A DNA stretch of 64,000 nucleotides from NCBI GenBank assembly GCA_964651705.1, contig CAZYWZ010000014.1:9743-73742 (forward strand), in the 5' to 3' direction. The notes beneath the pieces were generated by a model that saw only the letters and a list, made by a program, of their open reading frames with translations, did no database searches and was not told the DNA's origin. Positions 55,092 to 64,000 of this stretch are shown one piece after another. The first letter of the stretch is position 1; each line of letters opens with the position of its first letter. Source of the DNA: an uncultured Verrucomicrobiales bacterium (lineage in GTDB: Bacteria > Verrucomicrobiota > Verrucomicrobiia > JADLBR01). Position numbers and translations under genes: made by a program.

Positions 55092-56306
55092 ATGGATCTC
55101 GGGCAACCAGACTGGTTTCTCCTCGCGTTGGTCGGTGCGCTGGCGCTCCTGGCGGGGGCTGGGCTCGGGTGGGCGATCTGCTATGCTCGGCTGCACGGGC
55201 GGTTGGCGGTGGCCCGGGAGGAGAACGCCGTATTGCGCGAGCGGCAGTCATCGCTGGAGGAGGCTGGCGAGCGCATGAGGCTCGAGATGGAGGCGCTGGC
55301 GGGGCGGATCTTCCAGGATGCGACGACGGCATTTCGGCAGCAGAGCCAGGGGGATATCCAGGCGCTGCTGGTCCCGCTGCAGCGGCAGATCGGGGATTTC
55401 CGGCAGCGGCTCGATCAGGTGCACACCGCCGAGACCGATCAGGTGGGGCAATTGAAGAACAAGCTCGACACGATCGCGAAGCTCAACGAGCAGCTCAGCA
55501 GCGAGGCGCACCATCTGGCCTTGGCCCTGAAACAGGACCCGCAGGCCCAGGGCGCGTGGGGAGAGATGACCTTCGAGAACCTCCTGCAGGCCGCAGGATT
55601 CCAGCCGGGCGTGGACTACGAGACGCAGCCGGTTTTCGAGGTCGAGGGCCAGAGGCTTCGGCCGGATTTCGTGCTGAAGGTGCCCGCCGAGCGAGAGGGC
55701 GAGTCGCCGCGGCACCTGATCGTGGACTCGAAGGTGTCGCTGACGGATTATGAGAGGTTGTGCCGATTGGAGGGTGCCGGGCGCGAGGCCGCACTCCGCG
55801 CGCACTGCGACTCGATCCGGGGGCACATCGACGAGCTGTGGGACAAGGGCTACCACGATATTTCCGGGCTCAACGCGCTGGGGCGGGTGTTCATGTTCGT
55901 GCCGGTGGAGTCGGCGCTCGCGGTGGCCCTGCGCGCGATGCCCGAATTGCAGCCCTATGCGGCCAAGCGGAATGTCGTGCTGCTCTCGCCGTCGCTCGCG
56001 CTATCGGTCCTCACGGTGGTGGCGGGGCTCTGGCGCGCGGAGCGCCAGAGGCAGAACGTGGGCGAGATCATGGCGCAGGTCGGCCGCATGCTGGACAAGC
56101 TCTCGGATTTCGTCGCGGATCTCGACAAGGTCGGCGAGCGGCTCGCGCAGGCGGAAGAGAGCCTCGCGAGCGCGCGCGCGAGGCTCGCCACCGGCAAGGG
56201 GAACGTGCTGAACCGCGCGCGCAAGATCGTGAAGCTCGGCGTCTCCGCGAACAAGGAATTGCCGGCGCCCGCCGAGGGCGAGGGGGATGAGGAGGAAGAA
56301 GGCTGA
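55092..56306 (+). CDS. rmuC: DNA recombination protein RmuC
   Basis: N-terminal TM then long coiled coil. Conserved C-terminal PDFVLKVP...LIVDSKVSLTDYE...FMFVPVESAL...VVLLSPSLALSVL blocks characteristic of RmuC. Confidence 0.8.
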   Translation: MDLGQPDWFLLALVGALALLAGAGLGWAICYARLHGRLAVAREENAVLRERQSSLEEAGERMRLEMEALAGRIFQDATTAFRQQSQGDIQALLVPLQRQIGDFRQRLDQVHTAETDQVGQLKNKLDTIAKLNEQLSSEAHHLALALKQDPQAQGAWGEMTFENLLQAAGFQPGVDYETQPVFEVEGQRLRPDFVLKVPAEREGESPRHLIVDSKVSLTDYERLCRLEGAGREAALRAHCDSIRGHIDELWDKGYHDISGLNALGRVFMFVPVESALAVALRAMPELQPYAAKRNVVLLSPSLALSVLTVVAGLWRAERQRQNVGEIMAQVGRMLDKLSDFVADLDKVGERLAQAEESLASARARLATGKGNVLNRARKIVKLGVSANKELPAPAEGEGDEEEEG

Positions 56307-56369
56307 TCGGGCCCGCGGGGTCGTCAGGGTGAGGATGACCGGCTCGCGTCGGGACTGAGTTTTGGGGCT

Positions 56370-56420
56370 GTAGGGCGCGAAATCCCTTTCGCGCCACAAG
56401 CAACCGGCAGGACCGCGCGC
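56370..56420. repeat. single R3 palindrome unit GTAGGGCGCGAAATCCCTTTCGCGCCAC plus spacer, followed by further hairpins (GGCGGTTTGcaaCCGCC, GGGGCGCTTccAAAGCGCCCC)
   Basis: Located between rmuC and the sulfatase. The hairpins may also serve as the rmuC terminator. Confidence 0.6.
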
Positions 56421-56591
56421 AGCGCTCTGGGAGCGGTCTGAAGCTGCGCGGGCATCGGGCCATCAAGGAGCGGCGGTTTGCAACCGCCGGGGGCGCTTCC
56501 AAAGCGCCCCTCCTTGTGAGTGGATCGGTGGCCCATTCGCGGGCCCCGAAGCGGCATTGACCCGCGCGACCGTTGCACCTTGAATTTCATC

Positions 56592-57992
56592 ATGCGCCGT
56601 CTGCTATTCCCCCTCCTCTTCGCCGGGGCCGTTTCCGCCGCCATCGCCGCCGATCGCCCCAACATCCTGCTGATCCTGACCGACGACCAGGGCTGGTCCC
56701 AGATGTCGGGGCCGATGGACCCGGGGATCCCCGGGTCGCGCTCCGCGTATCTGGAGACCCCGAACATGGATCGGCTGGCGCGCGAGGGCATCCGTTTCAC
56801 GAGCGGCTATTCCCCGGCGCCGCTGTGCACGCCCACGCGGCGGAGCATCTTGTGCGGGACGACCGCGGCGCGCAGCGGGTCGGAATTCAAGAGCGCGTGG
56901 GTGCCCGCCGACCACATGACGATCCCGAAGGCCCTCAAACTGGCGTCCCCCGACTATCGTTGCGCGCACTTTGGCAAGTGGGGCGAAGACATGATCTCCA
57001 CGCCGGAGGAGTGCGGCTATGACGCGAGCGACGGCATGACCGGAAACAACACGGGCGGGATGCCATCGACGCTCGGCGTGGAGTCCCGCAGCCACGAGGC
57101 CGGCCCGTCGCACTTCATCGACAACGACGACCCGAAGCGCACCCGCACGGTCACCGATAGCGCGATCGCCTTCATGAGCGAGCAGGTCGGTGCAAAGCGG
57201 CCATTCTACGTGCAGGCGAGCTATTACGCGGTGCATCTCTCCGTCGTGTGCCGGGAGGCGAAACTGAAGAAGTACGAGTCTAAGGGCGTGCCGGACCGGG
57301 GGTACACGCAGGCGTGGGCCGCGATGATGGAGGACCTCGATGCCGGCGTCGGGCGATTGATGGGTGCCATCGAGGAATTGGGCGTCGCGGGAAACACCTA
57401 TGTCTTCTTCACCGCGGACAACGGGGGGCGAGACACCGTGCCCGGCGGCGACGCGGCGCGCGCCGCGACCAACCACCCCCTGACGGGTGCGAAGCATAGC
57501 CTTTACGAGGGCGGCATCCGCGTGCCTTTCCTGGCGCGCGGGCCGGGCATCCCCGGCGGCTCCGCGTGCCGGACGCCGGTGGCGGGATACGATTTTTTGC
57601 CCACGTTCTATGATCTCGCCGGGGGGACTGGGGAACTTTCCGGCGCGATGGATGGAACGAGCCTCCGCCCATTGCTGGAGGATCCCGCCGCGGGGACGAT
57701 CCGTCGCCCGCGGGGCGCGTTGTTCTTTCACCGCCCCAATCGGAAATTTTCCGCCATCCGCCAGGGGGATCACAAGCTGATGCTGTTCTGGACCGGGGAT
57801 GGCTCGGTCGCGTCGCGAGAACTGTATCGGCTCGAGCCTGACCCGGTCGAGGAGGGTCGCAACATCGCCGACAGGGAGCCGGCCAAGGCCGACGAGTTGC
57901 AGGAATTACTGCTCGGGCATCTGAAGTCCGTCAACGCGGAGACGCCCAACCCGTTGGGTCCGAAACCGAAGAAGTCGAGGAAGAAAAAATGA
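56592..57992 (+). CDS. sulfatase (formylglycine-dependent; arylsulfatase family)
   Basis: Signal MRRLLFPLLFAGAVSAAIA. ILTDDQGW and the CTPTRRSILCG motif (C-x-P-x-R FGly site). 466 aa. Confidence 0.85.
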   Translation: MRRLLFPLLFAGAVSAAIAADRPNILLILTDDQGWSQMSGPMDPGIPGSRSAYLETPNMDRLAREGIRFTSGYSPAPLCTPTRRSILCGTTAARSGSEFKSAWVPADHMTIPKALKLASPDYRCAHFGKWGEDMISTPEECGYDASDGMTGNNTGGMPSTLGVESRSHEAGPSHFIDNDDPKRTRTVTDSAIAFMSEQVGAKRPFYVQASYYAVHLSVVCREAKLKKYESKGVPDRGYTQAWAAMMEDLDAGVGRLMGAIEELGVAGNTYVFFTADNGGRDTVPGGDAARAATNHPLTGAKHSLYEGGIRVPFLARGPGIPGGSACRTPVAGYDFLPTFYDLAGGTGELSGAMDGTSLRPLLEDPAAGTIRRPRGALFFHRPNRKFSAIRQGDHKLMLFWTGDGSVASRELYRLEPDPVEEGRNIADREPAKADELQELLLGHLKSVNAETPNPLGPKPKKSRKKK

Positions 57993-59563
57993 ACCGCAAT
58001 GTTAGTCAGCCTGTTTTCCGCCATGTGACCGGGATGCCGGGGATCGGTGTTTCTGGCAAAGCCGGTGGCGCCTGTGGCGGGAAATGGTCGCCTCGGGCGG
58101 CGTCGGGCGCGGGTCGCGCGCGCTCCCCGCTGAGGCGGGGTTCCGTTGCGGCGGCGTGCGCCATCGGCGCGCTGGCGTGCGCGACCGCGATGGCGGACGA
58201 TGCGACGCTCCGGGCTGGCGCGGCGGTGGTCGACATCACGCCAAAGCAGTATCCCATCAACATGCCCGGAGGCTTCACGCCAAACCCGGCCGAGTCGGCG
58301 CACGACCCGTTGCGCGCCCGCGCGCTGGTGTTGGATGACGGGGCCACCGCGCTCGCGATGGTCGTGGTGGATAATCTGGGCCTGGCCCGGGAGGTGGCGG
58401 ACGAGGCAAAGGCCCTCGCCTCGGGGCGCTGCGGCATTCCCTCCGAGAGGATGCTCGTCTCGGCGACGCACACGCACAGCGGCCCGCCGTCCAATGCGCG
58501 GGAGGGCGACGCGGCCGCCGTGGCGTATCGCAAGGTCTTGGTCGAGGGGGTCGCGGAGTCCATCGTGCGGGCCCACGCGGCCCTTCGGCCGTCGGCCATC
58601 GCCGCCGCGGCCCATCCGTTGCCCGAAGAGGTATTCAATCGCCGCTGGTTCCTCAAGCCGGGCAAGATGCCCCCGAATCCCTTTGGCGGCCTGGATCAGG
58701 TGAAGATGAATCCCGGCACGAGCCCGGACGTCCTGGATCGGCCGGCGGGGCCGACGGATCCCGACGTGACGATTTTGTCGGTGCAGGAAGCCAAGGGCCA
58801 GAAGCCGCTTGCGCTATTCGCGAACTACTCGCTGCACTACGTGGGCAGACCGCCCAAGGGGATGATTTCGGCCGATTACTATGGCGAGTTTGCCCGGCTC
58901 GTGCCCTCGAGGTTGAATGCGGGGGAGGGTTTTGTCGCGGCGATGTCCAATGGCACCTCGGGCGATGTCAACAACGTCCCGTTCCTCGCCACCCGGCCCC
59001 CGCGCGAGCCCTTCGAGCAGATCCGCATCGTCGCGCAGAAGGCCGCGGATGCGGCTTGGCATGCCTGGAAGGGAATTGGCGAGCATCGGTCCGACGCGAG
59101 GCTCGGGATGGTCCAGCGCGAGATCACCCTCCGGGTGCGCCGGCCCACCGAGGAGCAGGTCGCCGAGGCGAAGAAGGTGCTGGCGGTCAAAGAGGAGGCC
59201 GAGCGCGCCAAACTGCCGAGGCTCGCGGACAATTACGCGAGGCGCGTGCTGGCGCTGGACAAGGGCGAGGAGACCGTTGCGATACTGCTGCAGGCGCTCC
59301 GCATCGGCGACTTCGCGGTGTGCGCCATTCCCTTCGAGACATTCGCGGAGACCGGCCTCGATCTGAAAAAGCGGAGCCCATTCCCGCAAACGATGGTCGT
59401 CAGCATCGCCAACGGTTCCAACGGCTACCTGCCGACGCCCCGCCAGCACGAGTGGGGCGGCTACGAGACGTGGATGGGCACTTGCCGGGTACAGGAGGAC
59501 GCATCGGTCATCATCACCGACAACCTGCTGGCGATGTTGGGGGAACTCAAGGGTGGTGGGTGA
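57989..59563 (+). CDS. neutral/alkaline ceramidase-like N-terminal domain protein, possibly Tat-secreted
   Basis: ATG overlaps the sulfatase stop (ATGA). RRGSVAAACAIGALACATAMA resembles a twin-arginine signal. The start may be MPGIG at 58034. Family resemblance is from memory and uncertain. Confidence 0.5.
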   Translation: MNRNVSQPVFRHVTGMPGIGVSGKAGGACGGKWSPRAASGAGRARSPLRRGSVAAACAIGALACATAMADDATLRAGAAVVDITPKQYPINMPGGFTPNPAESAHDPLRARALVLDDGATALAMVVVDNLGLAREVADEAKALASGRCGIPSERMLVSATHTHSGPPSNAREGDAAAVAYRKVLVEGVAESIVRAHAALRPSAIAAAAHPLPEEVFNRRWFLKPGKMPPNPFGGLDQVKMNPGTSPDVLDRPAGPTDPDVTILSVQEAKGQKPLALFANYSLHYVGRPPKGMISADYYGEFARLVPSRLNAGEGFVAAMSNGTSGDVNNVPFLATRPPREPFEQIRIVAQKAADAAWHAWKGIGEHRSDARLGMVQREITLRVRRPTEEQVAEAKKVLAVKEEAERAKLPRLADNYARRVLALDKGEETVAILLQALRIGDFAVCAIPFETFAETGLDLKKRSPFPQTMVVSIANGSNGYLPTPRQHEWGGYETWMGTCRVQEDASVIITDNLLAMLGELKGGG

Positions 59564-59661
59564 CGTTAGAGCCAACCATGAGGCGATGCCCTGGCGCGAA
59601 GAGTGAATCCTCGCGCAGGGACGCGGGGACGCGGGGAAGTTCTTGGTTTGGCCGATCGCGC

Positions 59662-59802
59662 CAAAGCGGTGCGGGGACGCACCGCACTCCAGAGCGCTGC
59701 GCGCGAAATCTCGCAAGATCCCATGACGGTTGCCGCGTCAGTCGACTTGGCGCCGTTTCGGCCGAAGGCCTTTGGAGTGCGGGTCGTCCCCGCACCGCTT
59801 TG
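59662..59802. repeat. 33-nt inverted repeats (CAAAGCGGTGCGGGGACGCACCGCACTCCAGAG / revcomp-like CTTTGGAGTGCGGGTCGTCCCCGCACCGCTTTG) separated by 75 nt
   Basis: Arms match 30 of 33 positions. Each arm also contains its own hairpin GCGGTGC..GCACCGC. Lies in the leader of the GH32 gene. Confidence 0.55.
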
Positions 59803-59829
59803 TCCGCGACGCGAGACCATGTCACATCG

Positions 59830-61767
59830 TTGCCGGGTCGCCTCGCGCTCGGCCTGCTCCTCTGCGGTCTCGCGAACGCGCCGTCGTCGGCCAACGCGCC
59901 TGCCGAAATCGTGATCGGCGATTTCGAGGGCGAGGGCTTTGGGGGTTGGAAGGCGGCGGGCGAGGCCTTCGCCGCGCCGTTTCACCCGGCGCCCGCGAAG
60001 CGCCCGGAGGGCCTGGAGGGTGAGCGCATGGCGTGGAGCGGCGCGTCAGGGGTGGCGGCGCAGGGAGAATTACTCTCACCCGAGTTCGTCGTCGAGCGCC
60101 GGTATATTAACTTCCTGATCCGCGGCCAGCGGGATTTCGCGCGCGTGCTCGGTGCGGAATTGGTCGTTGGCAATGCGGTGGTGCGCTCGGCCTGCGCGAC
60201 GGAGGACCGGGGTGGCGCGGGCCTGTATTGGAGGACGTGGGACGTTGACGATTTGCGCGGGCGGCCCGCCCGGATTCGGGTCAACGACCATTCGGGCCGG
60301 GGCGATGTGGCGGTGGATCAGTTCGTGCGGGACGAGAGGCCCCGCGGGGTACCCTGCGATGCGACGCGCTTTCTCCACGAGAGCCATCGCCCGCAATTCC
60401 ACTACACCGCGCCGGCCCACTGGCTGAACGATCCCAACGGCCTCTTTTATTACCGGGGGACGTGGCACCTGTTCCACCAGCATCGCAGCCCGGCCTTCGC
60501 GGGGACCGTCTGGGCGCATGCCTCGGGCCCCGACCTCATGCATTGGAGGCATCTCCCGATCGCGATCAGCGCGGATGGCGAGGACAGCCATTATTCGGGA
60601 TCCGGTTTGGTCGATTGGGATAACATCTCAGGGCTGAAGGCGGGAGAGCATCCGCCCATTCTCCTTTTCTATGGGCTCCGGCCGCCGGGCCCGGCGGAGT
60701 TGCCGCATCCGTCTCCGGACGACCGCCGCGCGACGCAATGCATGGCATTCAGCACGGATGGGGGGCAGACCTTCGCCAAGTTCGCCGGAAACCCGATCCT
60801 CAGCACCCCGGATTATCGGGACCGCGACCCGAAGGTCTTCTTCCACAAGCCGTCCCGGGCCTGGATCATGGTCCTCTCCCTCTCCCGCAATAACGCGGAC
60901 CGGGAGGCCGCGACCTTCGGCATCTTCCGATCGAAGGACCTCCGCGATTGGGAGCTGGCGCAAGAGGTGGGGCCCGGCGCTTGGTACTGGGAATGCCCCG
61001 ACATGTTTGAGATGGCGGTCGATGGCGATCCGGCAAAGACGAAATGGCTGCTGCTGCGGGGCAGCGGCGAATACATCCTCGGCGCCTTCGATGGCCGGCG
61101 CTTCGAGCCGGAGAGCGAGCCGATCCGCAATCGGTGGGGTGCGTCCTATTACGCGACGCAGACTTTCAGCGATGCGCCTGACGGGCGACGCGTCCAGATC
61201 GGCTGGATGAATACGGGCAAGGCCAGGGCCCCGAACAGTTATCCCGGCATGCCCTTCAACCAGCAGATGAGCATCCCTCGCGAACTGGTCCTCCGAGAAA
61301 CCCCGCAGGGCCCCCGCCTCTTCCGCGAACCGGTCGAGGAGATCGGCGGCCTCTATGCCAAGGCGCACCAGTTCGAGAGGCGCGAGCTGGCGCCGGGCGA
61401 GAATCCGCTGGAGGGCGTCTCCCATGACCTTCTGGACATCGAGGCCGAGATCGTCCTGGGCGCGGCGCGGGCCATCCGGCTGGCGCTCCGGGGCGAGCCC
61501 GTGGAGTACGACGTGAAGGAGCGGGCGCTCAAGGGCTTTGGGGTCTGCGCGCCCGTGGCGTGCCCGGATGGGCGACTGCACCTGCGGGTCTTGCTGGATC
61601 GCACCAGCATCGAGGTGTTCGGAAACCACGGTGAGGCCGACCTGTCCGGCGTCTTTTTCCCGCACCCGGAGAACCGCGGCATTTCCCTGTCGGCCGAGGG
61701 CGGCGCGGCGACCCTGGAACGGCTCGAGGTCCGAGAACTGCGATCCGTCTGGCCAGACGGCGAATGA
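59830..61767 (+). CDS. glycoside hydrolase family 32 (beta-fructofuranosidase / levanase / inulinase type), secreted
   Basis: WLNDPNG (nucleophile Asp), YRDRDPKVF (RDP), WECPDMF (EC acid/base). Proposed TTG start gives signal LPGRLALGLLLCGLANAPSSANA. The ORF-track start at 59056 is rejected as an overlap artifact. The start codon is uncertain. Confidence 0.75.
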   Translation: MPGRLALGLLLCGLANAPSSANAPAEIVIGDFEGEGFGGWKAAGEAFAAPFHPAPAKRPEGLEGERMAWSGASGVAAQGELLSPEFVVERRYINFLIRGQRDFARVLGAELVVGNAVVRSACATEDRGGAGLYWRTWDVDDLRGRPARIRVNDHSGRGDVAVDQFVRDERPRGVPCDATRFLHESHRPQFHYTAPAHWLNDPNGLFYYRGTWHLFHQHRSPAFAGTVWAHASGPDLMHWRHLPIAISADGEDSHYSGSGLVDWDNISGLKAGEHPPILLFYGLRPPGPAELPHPSPDDRRATQCMAFSTDGGQTFAKFAGNPILSTPDYRDRDPKVFFHKPSRAWIMVLSLSRNNADREAATFGIFRSKDLRDWELAQEVGPGAWYWECPDMFEMAVDGDPAKTKWLLLRGSGEYILGAFDGRRFEPESEPIRNRWGASYYATQTFSDAPDGRRVQIGWMNTGKARAPNSYPGMPFNQQMSIPRELVLRETPQGPRLFREPVEEIGGLYAKAHQFERRELAPGENPLEGVSHDLLDIEAEIVLGAARAIRLALRGEPVEYDVKERALKGFGVCAPVACPDGRLHLRVLLDRTSIEVFGNHGEADLSGVFFPHPENRGISLSAEGGAATLERLEVRELRSVWPDGE

Positions 61768-61783
61768 CGCCTACCTTTTCCCC

Positions 61784-63193
61784 ATGCGCCCATTCCTTTT
61801 CGCCGCATGTCTCCTGGGCTCCCTCGCGTCGCCGACCGTGCGCGCCGCGGACAAGCCCAACGTCCTATTCATCGCCGTCGATGACCTGAATCACTGGGTC
61901 CATCACCTCGGCCGCAACCCGCAATCCAAGACGCCGAACCTCGATCGCCTCGCCGCGCGGGGAGTGACGTTCACCCGCGCGTACTGCGCGGTGCCCGCCT
62001 GCAACCCGTCGCGCGCGGCACTCATGAGCGGCCGTCGGCCGTGGAAGACCTCCTGCTACACGAACAACGACTTCTGGACAAATCACATCGAGGAAGGGAT
62101 TGGCCTGAGCGCGCAGTTCCTGAAGGCCGGGTACCACGTCGCCGGCGCGGGGAAAATTTACCACAGCGACAGTTATTACCCCTCCGAGTGGACCGAGTAC
62201 ATGAGCAAGGAGGGATTTCTGGGGCACGGCGCCGGCGTCAAAAAGGACGAGGGCTTCCACGAGCCGCTGAAACATGACCTCAAGGACGAGGATCTCGGCG
62301 ACTGGCAGACGGCCGACTGGTGTATCGAGCGCCTGAAGAAGGAATGGGACAAGCCCTTCTTCCTGGCGTGCGGGTTTCACAAGCCGCACCTGCCCTTCGC
62401 CGTGCCGAGAAAGTACTACGAGATGTTTCCCCTGGAAACGATACAGCTGCCGCCCTACCGCGAGGACGACCTGGAGGACATCCCCCCCGCCGGCGTCAAG
62501 ATGGCCGCCCCGGAAAAGGACCACGCGAAATTTCAGGCCTCCGGCCGCTGGAAGGCGGCGATCCAGTCCTACCTCGCCACCTGCGCCTACCTCGACATGA
62601 ACCTGGGCCGGGTGCTCGACGCGCTGGACGCGAGCCCGCATCGCGACAACACCATCATCGTGCTCTGGGGCGACCACGGCTGGCATTTCGGCGAGAAACA
62701 CCATTGGAGGAAATTCGCCCTATGGGAGGAGGCCACCCGCGCGCCGCTCATGTGGGTCGTTCCCGGCGTGACCAAGGCGGGCGGCGCCTGCGACCGGACC
62801 GTCGATTTCATGTCGATCTATCCGACCCTGTGCGAATTGGCAGGGCTCCCGATCCCCGGACATGTCGAGGGGCGCAGCATCAAGGCCCTGCTCCAGGACC
62901 CGAAGGCGGCATGGGATCTGCCGGCAATTACGACCCACGGCTACAAGAACCACGCCGTCCGCACCGAAAAGTGGAGATATATCCAGTACGAGAATGGCGA
63001 CGAGGAACTCTACGACGAAACGAAAGACCTGTACGAGTGGACCAACCTCGCCGCGAAGCCAGAGTTCGCCGAGATGAAGGCCCAGTTGGCCGCCCACCTC
63101 CCCGACCACAACGCGCCAAAGCCCGAGGCCAAGAGCAAGAAGGAGAAACGCGAGGGCAAGGGGAAGCGCAAGGCCGACCCCGACGACGAGTGA
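61784..63193 (+). CDS. sulfatase (iduronate-2-sulfatase-like)
   Basis: Signal MRPFLFAACLLGSLASPTVRA. FIAVDDL, CAVPACNPSRAALMSGR (C-x-P-S-R FGly motif), GDHGW. Confidence 0.85.
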   Translation: MRPFLFAACLLGSLASPTVRAADKPNVLFIAVDDLNHWVHHLGRNPQSKTPNLDRLAARGVTFTRAYCAVPACNPSRAALMSGRRPWKTSCYTNNDFWTNHIEEGIGLSAQFLKAGYHVAGAGKIYHSDSYYPSEWTEYMSKEGFLGHGAGVKKDEGFHEPLKHDLKDEDLGDWQTADWCIERLKKEWDKPFFLACGFHKPHLPFAVPRKYYEMFPLETIQLPPYREDDLEDIPPAGVKMAAPEKDHAKFQASGRWKAAIQSYLATCAYLDMNLGRVLDALDASPHRDNTIIVLWGDHGWHFGEKHHWRKFALWEEATRAPLMWVVPGVTKAGGACDRTVDFMSIYPTLCELAGLPIPGHVEGRSIKALLQDPKAAWDLPAITTHGYKNHAVRTEKWRYIQYENGDEELYDETKDLYEWTNLAAKPEFAEMKAQLAAHLPDHNAPKPEAKSKKEKREGKGKRKADPDDE

Positions 63194-63278
63194 GGCCCCG
63201 GGGCCACGGCGGGGAGTCAGGAACGCTGATCTTCGCTAATCAACGCTGATCTCTTAAGGCACCGGAGAGAAATCAGCG
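63194..63278. terminator. convergent-gene terminator region: GGCCCCGGGGCC palindrome right after the sulfatase stop, then three CGCTGAT(C/T)T repeats forming a hairpin
   Basis: A 12-nt perfect palindrome at 63193-63204. AACGCTGATCT at 63222 and 63242, inverted AGAGAAATCAGCG at 63266. Sits between convergent genes. Confidence 0.3.
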
Positions 63279-63381
63279 ACGATGGTCTTCGGGGTCATGC
63301 CTCATGGGGTGGGATCGATGATCCGCCGCGTTCACCCGTGGAGGGATGTGGTGGCGTGGGCCCGGAATCGTCCCGAGTCCA

Positions 63382-64000
63382 TCAATGGAGCTGCACCTTG
63401 AGGCGGGCGAAGTGGGCGCTGGCGCTGAGCGTGACGCGCTCGAGATCGTTTGCGGCGAGCGCGCGGGAAAGTTCCGTGGCGTGCGCGTTGGACCCGGTGC
63501 TCCCGGAGATCGAGTAGGCGGGGCCGTCATGCCACGTGATGAGATCATCGCTGAATTGCGGGATGATCGTGACGCCATCGGCGATGAGCGATCGGTTGAA
63601 TACAAATTTCATGGCATCGCCGTCCATGGTGACGACCGGCGCGGGCCGGTTGCCCGTGGCATAGTCGATCAGATCGGGAATGGAGTTGTGATTGGAATCA
63701 TCCGTGGGCCCGGAACATCCGGCGTTGGCGGCCCACGACGGCCAGTCCCAGGCGGTGGTGAAAGTGGCGTCGGTGCCTTCGGTCGATCCGCTGGCGTTGC
63801 GTGCGGTGGCGCGGAAGTGGTAGGTGGTGTGGGGCGATAGGCCGCCTATGGCTTGTTCGGCGAGCACCGGGATCGTGCCGGACAGGGGCGACAGCGCGTT
63901 GGTGGTGCCATAGCTGGTGGTGGCACCGTGCACGAAGGTGGCGGTGGTCGGCAGATTGGAGGCGTTGAGTTTGGCCCGGAAGGTGGCGCCGGTGGACGTG
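63382..64000 (-). CDS. C-terminal part of a secreted protein with tandem fibronectin-III-like repeats (5-prime truncated by window edge)
   Basis: Repeating ...TTYHFRATARNASGSTEG... / ...ATFRAKLNASNLPTTATFVHGATTSYG... pattern. The reading frame stays open to position 64000. Confidence 0.45.
   Translation of the reverse strand, partial: TSTGATFRAKLNASNLPTTATFVHGATTSYGTTNALSPLSGTIPVLAEQAIGGLSPHTTYHFRATARNASGSTEGTDATFTTAWDWPSWAANAGCSGPTDDSNHNSIPDLIDYATGNRPAPVVTMDGDAMKFVFNRSLIADGVTIIPQFSDDLITWHDGPAYSISGSTGSNAHATELSRALAANDLERVTLSASAHFARLKVQLH

Noticed and set aside
3683-59802. Possible CRISPR array among the many palindromic repeats
   Set aside because: The repeats are dispersed, of several unrelated families, and are not arranged as regularly spaced direct repeats with unique spacers. 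No cas genes are present.
59056-61767. 903-aa ORF as a single GH32 gene
   Set aside because: The N-terminal ~258 codons overlap the ceramidase-like gene in another frame and run through a palindromic repeat cluster. The GH32 protein most likely begins at the signal peptide near 59830.
1-64000. tRNA or rRNA genes
   Set aside because: No cloverleaf-compatible GTTCGAATC-type T-arm contexts or rRNA-like conserved stretches were seen. The intergenic regions are accounted for by REP-like hairpins.

Overview
A 64 kb window of high-GC (~65-70%) bacterial chromosome whose gene content (many secreted glycoside hydrolases, sulfatases, beta-helix proteins, an ExbB with a signal peptide, possible Tat signals, no SusC/SusD) suggests a Planctomycetes-Verrucomicrobia-type or similar glycan-degrading organism. 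I find about 42 protein-coding genes and no rRNA, tRNA or CRISPR. Main blocks: (1) 179-4500: an HprK-like P-loop protein overlapping a short hpf, divergent from an NhaR-like LysR regulator, then a RAYT transposase flanked by its REP hairpins. (2) 4502-31919: one ~27 kb run of 15 co-directional minus-strand genes forming a polysaccharide-utilisation-like operon. It holds a clan GH-A hydrolase, two paralogous beta-helix proteins, several large secreted GH-like proteins including two paralog pairs, two SGNH esterases, an MFS transporter, an SDR and a DgoD/ManD-family dehydratase; many stop/start junctions overlap by 4 nt (ATGA). (3) 32091-34262: a second, unrelated RAYT flanked by its own REP hairpin doublets, then a XylR/AraC-type regulator. 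(4) 34562-38219: an unusual glcD-glcF-adk-zinc-ribbon operon. (5) 38605-45227: an ExbB-ExbD-ExbD module coupled to a TonB-like protein that carries a vWA domain instead of a TonB C-terminal domain, plus two TPR/secreted scaffold proteins. This is the most interesting candidate for an uncharacterised system. (6) 45460-53030: pheS, a 1000-aa secreted HExxH protein and a large GH-like protein. (7) 53275-64000: a UPF0126 membrane protein, rmuC, and a sulfatase / ceramidase-like / GH32 / sulfatase cluster. The intergenic regions contain at least five families of REP/MITE-like palindromic repeats and several candidate operator motifs. Family assignments for many CAZyme-like proteins rest on motif recognition from memory and need HMM confirmation. 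Repeat coordinates read by eye may be off by 1-2 nt.
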